Shown here: positions 52,570-64,000 of the stretch, piece by piece
How positions within the stretch are numbered: position 1 is the first letter of the stretch
Layout of the letters: the number at the start of each line of letters is the position of its first letter
NCBI GenBank assembly: GCA_040437565.1
Contig: JBDOQK010000036.1
Location: 62,001-126,000, forward strand
Origin: Albugo candida
Lineage: Eukaryota
Direction: 5' to 3'
Length of the DNA: 64,000 nucleotides
Position numbers and translations under genes: made by a program
The notes under the pieces: model-generated
The model's database searches: none
Told to the model about the DNA's origin: nothing
Seen by the model: only the letters and a program-made list of their open reading frames with translations

Positions 52570-53635
52570 TCATTGTGGTACTAAAGCAATTGCAAACTCG
52601 TTTCTACGTCTACCATGGCGTAATGCCTTAACTGGTAAATGAGGCTTAGCTGACAACGTATCTTGAACCTTTTCCGCGCAGAAAAAGGCTATTTTGGGTG
52701 ACTGCTTTGTTTCTAAGACACGAAAACCAATTGCTGCAAGTATTGACGTGAAATACTCGAACGTCATATATTTGGAGTTGTGCAGACAAGTCAATGGAAT
52801 CATGACGAAGAGAAACCCCGATGGCTTCAAATGCTTATGGTATAATTCGAGCATTCTACCCCGACTTTGAGCATCCGGGACACAATTCAGAACCTGCAAT
52901 CATGCTTGTTAATATTCACGGTGCCAGCGAGACAAGATGGTGCAACGCACCATGCTGGATACAACGACATGGAAATCACCGGCAGGGTCAAGAGTGAAGA
53001 AGTCTCTTTGCTCAATCCTGTCATGCATTGAATTCAAATCAATCGCTCGGACATCCAACCAAGGACAAGATAGTAGTTGTGTATTGATTGCACCAACCTA
53101 TGAAGATTCAAGAAGTTGTCTCAATTTAACCTAGTGATGAAACATAACGACTTACTTCCAGTACAGACAGAGGAACTTCTCCGGAACTCGGCCGACGATG
53201 ATGATTTGTAAGGATCTGAAAGACCCACTTTGATGTTCGATGGAATTTGGTAGATAAAATGCTTGATATATAACAACGTTGTAAGTGAAGTACTCCACGA
53301 CTCAAACCGAATAAAAGTACCTTGCCTGCTGATATGCTTCGTGACCTCCAATCTCACGAATTTTTGATTTTATTCGTTCTACTTCTTCTCGCTTCTCGCG
53401 CACGTTGGGTGCCATAGATTCTTCAGCTTCTTTTAAGTCTTTATTGAGTCGATGAAATACCGTTGTGATTTGCCTTGCTTTTCTTCTTGATTTCTGCAAT
53501 TGAAAGAAATCTAAGAAATGTATTTTTGATGATTCATAGCTACGCTCATACGCTTTTCTTCGGTGCGATTGAAACATGCTTCTTTTTCCGCTTACGAAGT
53601 TTTGGTTTCTCCGCTTTTTGACTTTGTGATCTCAT
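52570..53635 (-). CDS. BMT2: BMT2-family SAM-dependent methyltransferase (25S rRNA adenine-N1 methyltransferase-like), multi-exon
   Basis: IGGHEAYQQAS, TSKWV, LEVGAIN, VRAIDLNS...IEQRDF, VLNCVPDAQSRGRML, LFVMIPLTCLHNSKY and RNEFAIAL, joined by GT-AG introns. Confidence 0.88.
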
Positions 53636-55497
53636 GATTACACTTTTCTGTATGCCAATTATCAGGTTAGTTGTGTGCAATTATAACCAGTCACTGAAAA
53701 GCATCGGGCGAGTTAGTCGTTTCTAAGGCAACTGACGCTGCGGAATATGGGCACACATGCCAGAAAGTCTGATGTGGAAATGACATGTTGATTGAGTGCC
53801 ATAAAGAACATAATTCCCTTAATCGATACTGATAATATAATGCTCAATCTAGAGATAGTGGGAGCTTTCCAGAATGATCAGGCTAGTGCGACAATTTCAT
53901 ATAAAAAAGTACAGCGTTTTAATGCTGCGAAACATTAGATTTTCATTTATATGAAGAATACTCTGTTGGAAGGCCTCAAGAGCGTGTTTATATGTTTCTG
54001 GTCGCACTTGGTACTTAGCCTAAACAATTGGTTAGGATTTTGANNNNNNNNNNNNNNNNNNNNNNNNNNNNNNNNNNNNNNNNNNNNNNNNNNNNNNNNN
54101 NNNNNNNNNNNNNNNNNNNNNNNNNNNNNNNNNNNNNNNNNNNTATTTTGGGTGACTGCTTTGTTTCTAAGACACGAAAACCAATTGCTGCAAGTATTGA
54201 CGTGAAATACTCGAACGTCATATATTTGGAGTTGTGCAGACAAGTCAATGGAATCATGACGAAGAGAAACCCCGATGGCTTCAAATGCTTATGGTATAAT
54301 TCGAGCATTCTACCCCGACTTTGAGCATCCGGGACACAATTCAGAACCTGCAATCATGCTTGTTAATATTCACGGTGCCAGCGAGACAAGATGGTGCAAC
54401 GCACCATGCTGGATACAACGACATGGAAATCACCGGCAGGGTCAAGAGTGAAGAAGTCTCTTTGCTCAATCCTGTCATGCATTGAATTCAAATCAATCGC
54501 TCGGACATCCAACCAAGGACAAGATAGTAGTTGTGTATTGATTGCACCAACCTATGAAGATTCAAGAAGTTGTCTCAATTTAACCTAGTGATGAAACATA
54601 ACGACTTACTTCCAGTACAGACAGAGGAACTTCTCCGGAACTCGGCCGACGATGATGATTTGTAAGGATCTGAAAGACCCACTTTGATGTTCGATGGAAT
54701 TTGGTAGATAAAATGCTTGATATATAACAACGTTGTAAGTGAAGTACTCCACGACTCAAACCGAATAAAAGTACCTTGCCTGCTGATATGCTTCGTGACC
54801 TCCAATCTCACGAATTTTTGATTTTATTCGTTCTACTTCTTCTCGCTTCTCGCGCACGTTGGGTGCCATAGATTCTTCAGCTTCTTTTAAGTCTTTATTG
54901 AGTCGATGAAATACCGTTGTGATTTGCCTTGCTTTTCTTCTTGATTTCTGCAATTGAAAGAAATCTAAGAAATGTATTTTTGATGATTCATAGCTACGCT
55001 CATACGCTTTTCTTCGGTGCGATTGAAACATGCTTCTTTTTCCGCTTACGAAGTTTTGGTTTCTCCGCTTTTTGACTTTGTGATCTCATGATTACACTTT
55101 TCTGTATGCCAATTATCAGGTTAGTTGTGTGCAATTATAACCAGTCACTGAAAAGCATCGGGCGAGTTAGTCGTTTCTAAGGCAACTGACGCTGCGGAAT
55201 ATGGGCACACATGCCAGAAAGTCTGATGTGGAAATGACATGTTGATTGAGTGCCATAAAGAACATAATTCCCTTAATCGATACTGATAATATAATGCTCA
55301 ATCTAGAGATAGTGGGAGCTTTCCAGAATGATCAGGCTAGTGCGACAATTTCATATAAAAAAGTACAGCGTTTTAATGCTGCGAAACATTAGATTTTCAT
55401 TTATATGAAGAATACTCTGTTGGAAGGCCTCAAGAGCGTGTTTATATGTTTCTGGTCGCACTTGGTACTTAGCCTAAACAATTGGTTAGGATTTTGA
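52690..55497. repeat. 1354 bp direct repeat flanking a 100-N gap; the second partial BMT2 copy is probably an artefact
   Basis: 52690-54043 reappears as 54144-55497. The offset of 1454 equals the repeat length plus 100 N. Confidence 0.9.
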
Positions 55498-55599
55498 TTT
55501 TCTGAGATAAATAGTCAGCTTTGGCAATTTCCTGTAACGTAATCGTCTTCGCAACAGTTTATATGCAAGGTTTCACCAGCCAAGGCACATCAGACAATC

Positions 55600-57810
55600 C
55601 GACGGACCAGATGAACCGAATGATGATACTGCTGGAGACACTCGGAAATCAACTGGGCAATATCGAAACCCAGCGGAGCGTTGGCTCTCCGTACCAGACC
55701 CAGCCGCTCGAACGGAGAAGGTATTGCTGGACCAAGCAACCACGTGCAGGGTTTGACAATGTCAGCCCTGGATGCGAAACCGATGCAGCACCGTGAAAGC
55801 GGGAATAGGAGAAGCTTTGATATGCCACGCAACATAAACGTGCTGGACGGGCTAAATCGAGACATATATAAGGGATATCAAACTAGACATTCATCCATTT
55901 GATGGTAAAGAAACATATGCTGGACTTGAAGCGCCGTTTACCAATTTGACCATCGTTTCTTGCGGCAACTATCTCATCTCCAGCAACCGTCAGGCGGGAT
56001 TGGAACTAGTAGGTGAAGCTGGACTAACTAGTACGGCATCTAAGCGGGATAGCTCTCGTTTATTACGGGAAGCAATTCACTCAATGGATGACTCAGTGCT
56101 GTAGCGTCGAAGAAGTGACAGATCGCTTTGACGAATTGTTCCGGCCCAACATTACCTTAACGCAGTCAACACGCTTTTTACGGCATTAAATCGTCCGGAC
56201 ATTGAAGCAAGTAGTTCAAGTATGCAAAGCCTGACTTCAAACAAGCTCTGATGGCCCGTGCCAACACAATGATAGAATACATCAGAAGGCAAGCCGAGAT
56301 ATTTTTTTCACTTTTCCCAGCTTATGGATTTCGATCCCACTAGTGATACACCAAGCTAGCTGAAGAAATGGACTTAAGACCGAATCGATTCGATCAGGGA
56401 ATTCATGCCGAAGAAACGAATGAATATCTATAATTGCGGGAAAAGTGGATGTATAAACTCAGAGATCCAGGAATGAAGACATCGTTTCGAGAATCGGATT
56501 CAAAACTTACACCCTTGAAGATAAAAAAAGGCACGGATATTTTGACAGCGGATCCAGCAGACATATAGTATCGGATATGAATTAGTTACAGCATCGCAAG
56601 GAATGCAAAGTATCATGCGTACTTCCAAACAGGAGGATAATGACGATGAAATGGACAGGATCGGCGAAGACTATTGCAGCAGTCAGCAGCTTACCGGTGA
56701 ATGTTTTCTTGAACGATGTGCTTCGTGCGGAAAATCTTCCTTGGAACATTATCGCGTATGAAGATTTGGAGGCATGAGGATTCAAATTGATGTATTAAAT
56801 AGATGGATCGAGAGTTGTTCAACGTAGTTCGATGGTGCGTTTAAGTCCGAAGAAAATATGGTTAGGAACCTTCTCGGTATAGAGACATATACTCGCTCTA
56901 GTTGAGTCCGTGGACAAATCAAACAAGCATATAAGGAGTCTTCTCCACATTCATCCACGCTTTGATCGTCTGAATGCGTTATTATTAAGCGTATAGCAAA
57001 GATTCCCAAGCAGGGATCGAGATTACGACCACCGGCGATCGAAATGAGTTCCTTGTGCGGAAAGCAAGAAAACAGAGAGCAACTAGTCTCACCACGGGAA
57101 CTCAATAAAGCACGTGAAACTGTTTTAGAATTTTTATCAATTAAGCAGAATTGGTGGAGTTATATGCAGCGATTTCAAGGGCCCGATCACCCAACGTGGG
57201 AATCGATATTTGATCAATTCCATCAGCTACAATTCAAACTTAATTCAGGTATTATTGGCCAAGACTAAGAATGAAGCAGTAAAAATATTCCAGGATTTTT
57301 GATTTACTTTTGAGAATTAATTTGATTGCAAGATACATGTTCTACCAACTGATGGTACAGAATTGTCGAGATTTCTTGCAAAAGAAGAGAGAGTACGAAG
57401 ACAAATTAGCGAGGGCGAAAAAACAAGCATCGAATAGAAAAGCTGAATAAATGCATAGGACATTCCTCAACTTGGTGCGGTCTATGATCTTGGGAAGCTC
57501 TATGGCTTTTTATTTTGGGAAAGATGCTGCTGAATATGCGACCTATATCCTGAATAGAATCCCAGCCATGTGAATAAAGGAATACAACTTCCTCTGAAGA
57601 ATTTGACTGAGAAGGATACAAGACTTGTAGATGTCTCGTAACAATCGGCTCACCTTGTTCGGTTCGAAATCGAAATCGAAAAAAGTCTCTTGAAAAACCC
57701 ACTGAATGAGGCTCTATTATCATAGAATACGATGAAACGTAGGGTACAAATTGTATTCACCCAAATCAAAGACGGTGATTAGTACTCAGCATATATCAAG
57801 ACTCGACGTT
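55600..57810 (+). mobile_element. Decayed oomycete-type Copia retrotransposon
   Basis: Gag-like PFDGKETYAGL...RFLRQL...VKLD*LVRHLSG, protease-like IFDSGSSRHIV (~56540) and integrase-like DAAEYATYILNR (~57520-57560). Many disruptions. Confidence 0.7.
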
Positions 57811-58258
57811 AGAAGGAGCAAATTGAAAATAATAATTCCAAGGGCCGTCAAATCTGGAACGCAACCGTCTTCGCTAACCTACCAACATTCTCCCGTACGA
57901 TGCTACTTCCTTGCAGAAAAAGATCATGTCTTACAGCCCTTGTTCAACTTTCCAACCAAAAACGGTTGAGGCTATCAATCGATAAGTCAGCAAGCTAATA
58001 GCATCGGTATTCTTGAAAAAAAAATGGCTTTTTTTCTACCTATATTGGCTGAAGAGAGCAAGTTAGAGAGAAAATTAGTGCTTCTCGGAAGAAACTCCAT
58101 TGATCTTACTGACTTTGCCGAGAGTCTTCATTTGATTGTACTTGAAGCGAATGAGAATCAACCCATTGAATAAATGAAGAGAGACTTCTTAGAATTACCA
58201 AAACATAATGGAATTTGGTGTGATTCAAGCAGGTAGTTTAGTTGCAGATTCAAACATA

Positions 58259-59473
58259 CACTCCGCGACAAATAGATAGGGACACCTTTTTTTGTGGTAA
58301 TTGAACACTGAAAGAGGGCTATATTGTTGCAAATACCATGAATATGTCCAATAACTTGACTGCATTTCTAATGTGCAATCAGAATTGAATTTGGAGTTTT
58401 GAATCAAACGTTATCGTCCTAAAAGTGAAAACAGGACCGCGACAAAATGATAGGGACACCAGCTATATTACACGATCCTCAGCTCTGGTCAACTCATTAT
58501 GACATGTAGATGCATGCTAGTAGTGTGTCTTCGATCCCTTTAGCTCGACCACTTCCNNNNNNNNNNNNNNNNNNNNNNNNNNNNNNNNNNNNNNNNNNNN
58601 NNNNNNNNNNNNNNNNNNNNNNNNNNNNNNNNNNNNNNNNNNNNNNNNNNNNNNNNGCATGCGCCAAGAAACAGCTCAAAGAACGGACCGACTGGAGCAA
58701 AATTATCTTCTCCGATGAGAAGCTAATTTTGCTCCAGTCGGTCCGTTCTTTGAGCTGTTTCTTGGCGCATGCCAACCGGGCTTCTTCATGGCGTTTTGTG
58801 AGCTTGTGTGTGGGCTTCATCTTCTTGTAGACGAGATGGGGCACTCGTTGGAGCACGCACTGCACCGCACGCGGGCTCACATGCGGTGCCACGGCGTTTG
58901 CGATTAAATAGGCCGACGAATCACCCTCATTAGCAGCCTTTATGATGCATCGTACGGTACGTGGTCCAAGTTTTGGCTTCCTTCCCGAGCTTCTTTTGAC
59001 CCCATACCCATCCGGATTGCTCAAGTATGTGTGGACGACAGTTTTTGATCGGTCAAGGCTCGTAGCGATTGTTCGGAGGCTCATTTTACTCGACTGGAGG
59101 GCATCGATTTGGCCTTGCTCATTCTCGGTCAAAGACGATCGGCGCCCCATGCTCTACGGACAACTACACCACGATCGAAGCATGAGCAAGTAACCAAGAC
59201 ACAGACGCATATAGTCAACGCAATTAGTAGCGAATAGAGCGCCGCACATACCATCGCGGTCGAGTTGCAGATCTGTCCCTATCAACATGTCGCTCCACCA
59301 ATGGAGGGTCAGAGTCAAAAGCTTGGCTTCCAGATCTCCGATCGAGACAAAACAAACGCCAAAATGCTCACCCATGGTATGCATTGATATTATCCAATCA
59401 GACTGCAGAAATGTGTAAAATGGAGCGAAATTTAATGAATAAACAGGTGTCCCTATCTATTTGTCGCAGAGTG
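58259..59473 (-). mobile_element. Tc1/mariner (Tc3-like) DNA transposon, non-autonomous or broken at an assembly gap
   Basis: 29 bp TIRs (CACTCCGCGACAAATAGATAGGGACACCT at 58259-58287 and 59445-59473, 1 mismatch) with TA on both flanks. The transposase N-terminus from 59150 is Tc3-like (MGRRSSLTENEQGQI...YLSNPDGYG...SGRKPKL) and stops near WSKIIFSDEK. Confidence 0.93.
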
Positions 59474-60139
59474 TACTATTCGTTTTAGGATCATTACAAT
59501 TTTGTCAAATTAATAATCCAGAAGTGATTTTTTCGAATGCGGCGACTATTGATGACGTGCACAAGGCGTCGGAGAGAAAGAGAAGAGGTTCTGCAGTTAC
59601 ATTCTTTCATCCGTATTTCAAGCAATACTAACTGCAAACAAAACAAGCCTTCAAATACGTGTTCAAGCCCTATATGTGCTGTATAGACATGTATATACAT
59701 ACAGCAGAGTGATACAACGTTTAGATATTGGTAACTTCCGTTACGCGTAAATTCCTTGTCTACGACAATCAATTAAATGTTTGATCATTGATCTGATCCA
59801 TGACTGCTTGACTGGGAAGATGCAACTTGCATAGTCTTGGCGTAAAACTGTCGTCAGTCTTGACTTGTAATCACAATGACCTGCTCATCAAATGGTTTGG
59901 CAAACTCGCAAACGTTGCATCTTCATGATAGCTCCTGAAGAAAACTGTTTTTACGAAGTACCCGGAGCTGTGTCACGATGTGAGTGATTCCGAAAAAAAT
60001 ATATACTTCTACATAATGCCAATGTAAATGATTTGAGCGATAAAGTATTACAAGCCGTCATTTACTATGATTATTTCTGTAGTTAGAGGCGACTCGCTAC
60101 CTAGGTTATTTCCAAGCGTTAAATCCTGATCTCTCTTTT

Positions 60140-62173
60140 ATCAGGTATTTCAGGGCCCTACAGCTCGGCGCTTTTAATTTTCAATAATTGAATTCGACCA
60201 TCAAGCTGACATGTTTGCGATAAGACTTCGCTAAGTAAGGAACTGAGTGTGTAATCGCTGCTCTTGACGACACGTGACGACCAGGTTGTTCATACTTTTT
60301 CTCTCGGTTAATATCCAGTAGGGGCTGGTATATATCCTCCCCAAATGAATGGTCAGCTAGTCAGTCAGCGATATTTGACCTTCAGCGATCCAATCCCCAT
60401 ACTACAGCCAGAAAAGTTTCAGAATGACTGGGGTCGCATTTTTAGGCGTCTATGCTTCTCAGTCATGAAGCTTTCTGGGAGGAGCAGCAGCATATTACAA
60501 AGTATAAAAAACAAACCGCTTTACCACCAGCTCTCTTTTTATTGGAAGGCTTCAATTCCAAAATTGCGCGATAAGTTAATGAAAATTATTCGTTTTCTTA
60601 TATACTCGAGAGTACAGAATACCGAACGGCGTTTCGACTGCGAGTACTTCTTGCTGACTTTGTTAATCCCTTAACGGATACAGCTTCCGCGAAAAGCTCG
60701 TGCGCAAAATGACAACACGGCAAGGCATTCCATAAAAGGTCCCGGTATTTGATCAGATTGACTACATCATTAATAGTCTGAGTTCTAAGTTCATGTTTTC
60801 CAGTTTACTACATTGGCTCGAAATACTTGTTTGTAGCGATCATCCAGTGATGACCAAGTCTATTAAGCTACCTGATGTGTATTTAAGACTTATCTGCAAC
60901 TCACGCACGCATACTTTGGCACGCATACTTATATCACACTCCTTAGCGTCACGGATATATTTGATCTATACCATCGAACCATCACTAATAGCCTAACTCT
61001 CTTCGAAAACTTTCGCGGAAGATTCCACTGCTCCATTATATCAAATTGCGCCAAAGAAGCCAGCGCACTAGAATTTGCACAGAGACCGACCCACAACACG
61101 AAACAANNNNNNNNNNNNNNNNNNNNNNNNNNNNNNNNNNNNNNNNNNNNNNNNNNNNNNNNNNNNNNNNNNNNNNNNNNNNNNNNNNNNNNNNNNNNNN
61201 NNNNNNATCAGGTATTTCAGGGCCCTACAGCTCGGCGCTTTTAATTTTCAATAATTGAATTCGACCATCAAGCTGACATGTTTGCGATAAGACTTCGCTA
61301 AGTAAGGAACTGAGTGTGTAATCGCTGCTCTTGACGACACGTGACGACCAGGTTGTTCATACTTTTTCTCTCGGTTAATATCCAGTAGGGGCTGGTATAT
61401 ATCCTCCCCAAATGAATGGTCAGCTAGTCAGTCAGCGATATTTGACCTTCAGCGATCCAATCCCCATACTACAGCCAGAAAAGTTTCAGAATGACTGGGG
61501 TCGCATTTTTAGGCGTCTATGCTTCTCAGTCATGAAGCTTTCTGGGAGGAGCAGCAGCATATTACAAAGTATAAAAAACAAACCGCTTTACCACCAGCTC
61601 TCTTTTTATTGGAAGGCTTCAATTCCAAAATTGCGCGATAAGTTAATGAAAATTATTCGTTTTCTTATATACTCGAGAGTACAGAATACCGAACGGCGTT
61701 TCGACTGCGAGTACTTCTTGCTGACTTTGTTAATCCCTTAACGGATACAGCTTCCGCGAAAAGCTCGTGCGCAAAATGACAACACGGCAAGGCATTCCAT
61801 AAAAGGTCCCGGTATTTGATCAGATTGACTACATCATTAATAGTCTGAGTTCTAAGTTCATGTTTTCCAGTTTACTACATTGGCTCGAAATACTTGTTTG
61901 TAGCGATCATCCAGTGATGACCAAGTCTATTAAGCTACCTGATGTGTATTTAAGACTTATCTGCAACTCACGCACGCATACTTTGGCACGCATACTTATA
62001 TCACACTCCTTAGCGTCACGGATATATTTGATCTATACCATCGAACCATCACTAATAGCCTAACTCTCTTCGAAAACTTTCGCGGAAGATTCCACTGCTC
62101 CATTATATCAAATTGCGCCAAAGAAGCCAGCGCACTAGAATTTGCACAGAGACCGACCCACAACACGAAACAA
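60140..62173. repeat. 967 bp direct repeat flanking a 100-N gap (probable contig-overlap artefact)
   Basis: 60140-61106 reappears as 61207-62173; identical ORFs occur at offset 1067. Confidence 0.9.
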
Positions 62174-62580
62174 TGGAGCTTAAATCCGATCAGAAGCAGC
62201 TCCGTTACTGTACTACCACTAGTGATCACCTCATCGATCTATTAATGTATCGCTCTCGTCGCCACCTTTCGCTGCCGGGCTATAGAAAGCTTGCATGTTC
62301 TTCAGAAGCTTCTAAAGGCATTTATGAGTGATCGGGTACACGCGTGATTGGTAATTTCACGCAATATCCCAAGCTATTATAATTGTTTTTTCAATCCAAT
62401 TTAGCTAGCTTTATTATCGCTACATCACTGTGAATGGAAACGATATGAACACGCCCAATAGATGGGCAAAATTCGCCAGGAAATATGACCGCGGGGGAAC
62501 AATTATGCAACAGATGCAATGAGCGTGCAAGCTAAATGGCAGAAACACAGTCCTTCTTTAATTGTCGATCCTAGCAAAAG

Positions 62581-63174
62581 TGTAACGGGGTTACACGTCG
62601 ATTAGTAACCGTTGTGCAGTGTGGTACACATTTGGGACGCTTTGGGTTATTCGCTTTAGGAGCTGACGCGTGTCAGCCACCGGATATTAGTACCTAGGTT
62701 AGGTACGTTTAGCGTAAGGTACTCTNNNNNNNNNNNNNNNNNNNNNNNNNNNNNNNNNNNNNNNNNNNNNNNNNNNNNNNNNNNNNNNNNNNNNNNNNNN
62801 NNNNNNNNNNNNNNNNNNNNNNNNNGGTACACATTTGGGACGCTTTGGGTTATTCGCTTTAGGAGCTGACGCGTGTCAGCCACCGGATATTAGTACCTAG
62901 GTTAGGTACGTTTAGCGTAAGGTACTCTACTAGATAAAATTAAATAAAGAACAGTTCCCCTTTAGATTAGTTAGAGACACGTGCCTGCTTCAGGCGTCTC
63001 AGATCTTGTGCACTTTGTGCTGTGTTGTCGATTCCCGGAATCGTTAGGTCCCTTGAAGAAGGACCTTAAGCGTTCAAGCTTGTTGACTCGTTGATTCTAG
63101 TTCTTTTAAAGAACTAAGTTGCTCGTTGAGTAGATAGCCTTCCTCTGGCAAGGAGCTACAGTAGCTCCACTACA
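62581..63174. mobile_element. Probable solo LTR (~390 bp after collapsing the gap overlap)
   Basis: Starts TGTAACGGGG and ends CCACTACA (TG...CA, imperfectly inverted ends). Flanks AAAAG and CAAAG match at 4 of 5 positions, like a target-site duplication. Confidence 0.6.
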
Positions 63175-64000
63175 CAAAGCGATAATCCGCGATGATCAAA
63201 ACCTCACATCAACTGCGTGCGAAATTCCCAATCATGCTATCGCCATTGCCAACCTCAATTTCAATAAATCCGTTGGCTGCTGTGCCAATTTTCGGCCGAT
63301 TATTATTCTCGACATCACGCGCAAAACCAAATCAAAGGTCTTTCTTAATCGGATTTCAAGAATAGTAATTGAATGGCCATCGTCTGGCCGAAGTTGCTGT
63401 CGACTCTCCGCACAACCACTTTCTCTTGTTCATTACTATTGGCCATACGCTATCAAACCAAGGATTTCTGCAGGTAGCAGATATTGGGGTGATCGAAATA
63501 GATAAGCTGCCTCAACCGACAATTCATATGGTATGGGCCTGCCCATATCGTATCGCAATAATGCGCCAATTCCATACAAATATGAATACTCTCATAATTG
63601 AGCTCATTCAGCCATTTTGTACTCTCGATAAACATAAATTGCCTCTCGGTCTCATCTTTATAATGAACAAAGATGAACTGCAGCTAATAAAAGAGCTCCT
63701 TGTTGACACCGCAAAACAATTCTCTCTCTCTACGCGAGCTCAACATCATGTGTGTCCTTTTTCCTTCAACCCTACTCGCCTTGATCATATTCTGACTGCA
63801 TTGAGCTGGGTTTCCACTTATGGTGATTAACTTACAACTTCGACAAAACAGAGCCGACAACTATTGCCCGCGCATCGTGTTCAGCTGATAAAATCTGGAG
63901 CAAACGGATCAAATGGCTGAAATTTTCTGGTTATCATATATCAGCGAAAAATAAATATAGCGGTTACTTTCCAGAATTATTTGTAAGATGCGGGGTCTTA

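Noticed and set aside
52570-55497. Recent BMT2 gene duplication
   Set aside because: Same gap-overlap pattern; the second copy is cut exactly at the gap.
63369-63830. 153 aa ORF, and the short ORFs at 59500-62500
   Set aside because: Non-ATG start or no recognisable motif; probably decayed repeat-derived sequence.

Overview
Eukaryotic nuclear DNA, most likely an oomycete. An Albugo-like species is inferred from short ~50-100 bp GT-AG introns, compact gene spacing, an INR/FPR-type promoter, oomycete-style retroelements and an RXLR-like ORF; the species cannot be proven from the sequence alone. The first ~30.3 kb is gene-dense: mitochondrial ATP synthase beta, PP2A B56, a cNMP-binding/mitochondrial-carrier-like fusion, an EF-hand/WD40 protein, a UBL (BAG6-like) protein, NOP10, Ran, a KIAA1143-like protein, a four-domain EEEE voltage-gated Ca channel with N-terminal EF-hands, a C2-like protein, a hAT-transposase-derived gene, a divergent TBP paralog and a SAM-domain protein. 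The remaining ~34 kb is gene-sparse: decayed Gypsy, Copia, MULE and Tc1/mariner elements, a decayed apparently intronless family-B DNA polymerase (possible endogenous viral relic), a QXLR-dEER effector-like ORF, a CCA-adding enzyme pseudogene and a BMT2-like methyltransferase. Nine of the ten 100-N gaps are flanked by apparently exact direct repeats (unmerged contig overlaps), so the apparent tandem duplications are probably assembly artefacts. All calls come from manual translation and motif recognition; no database search was run.
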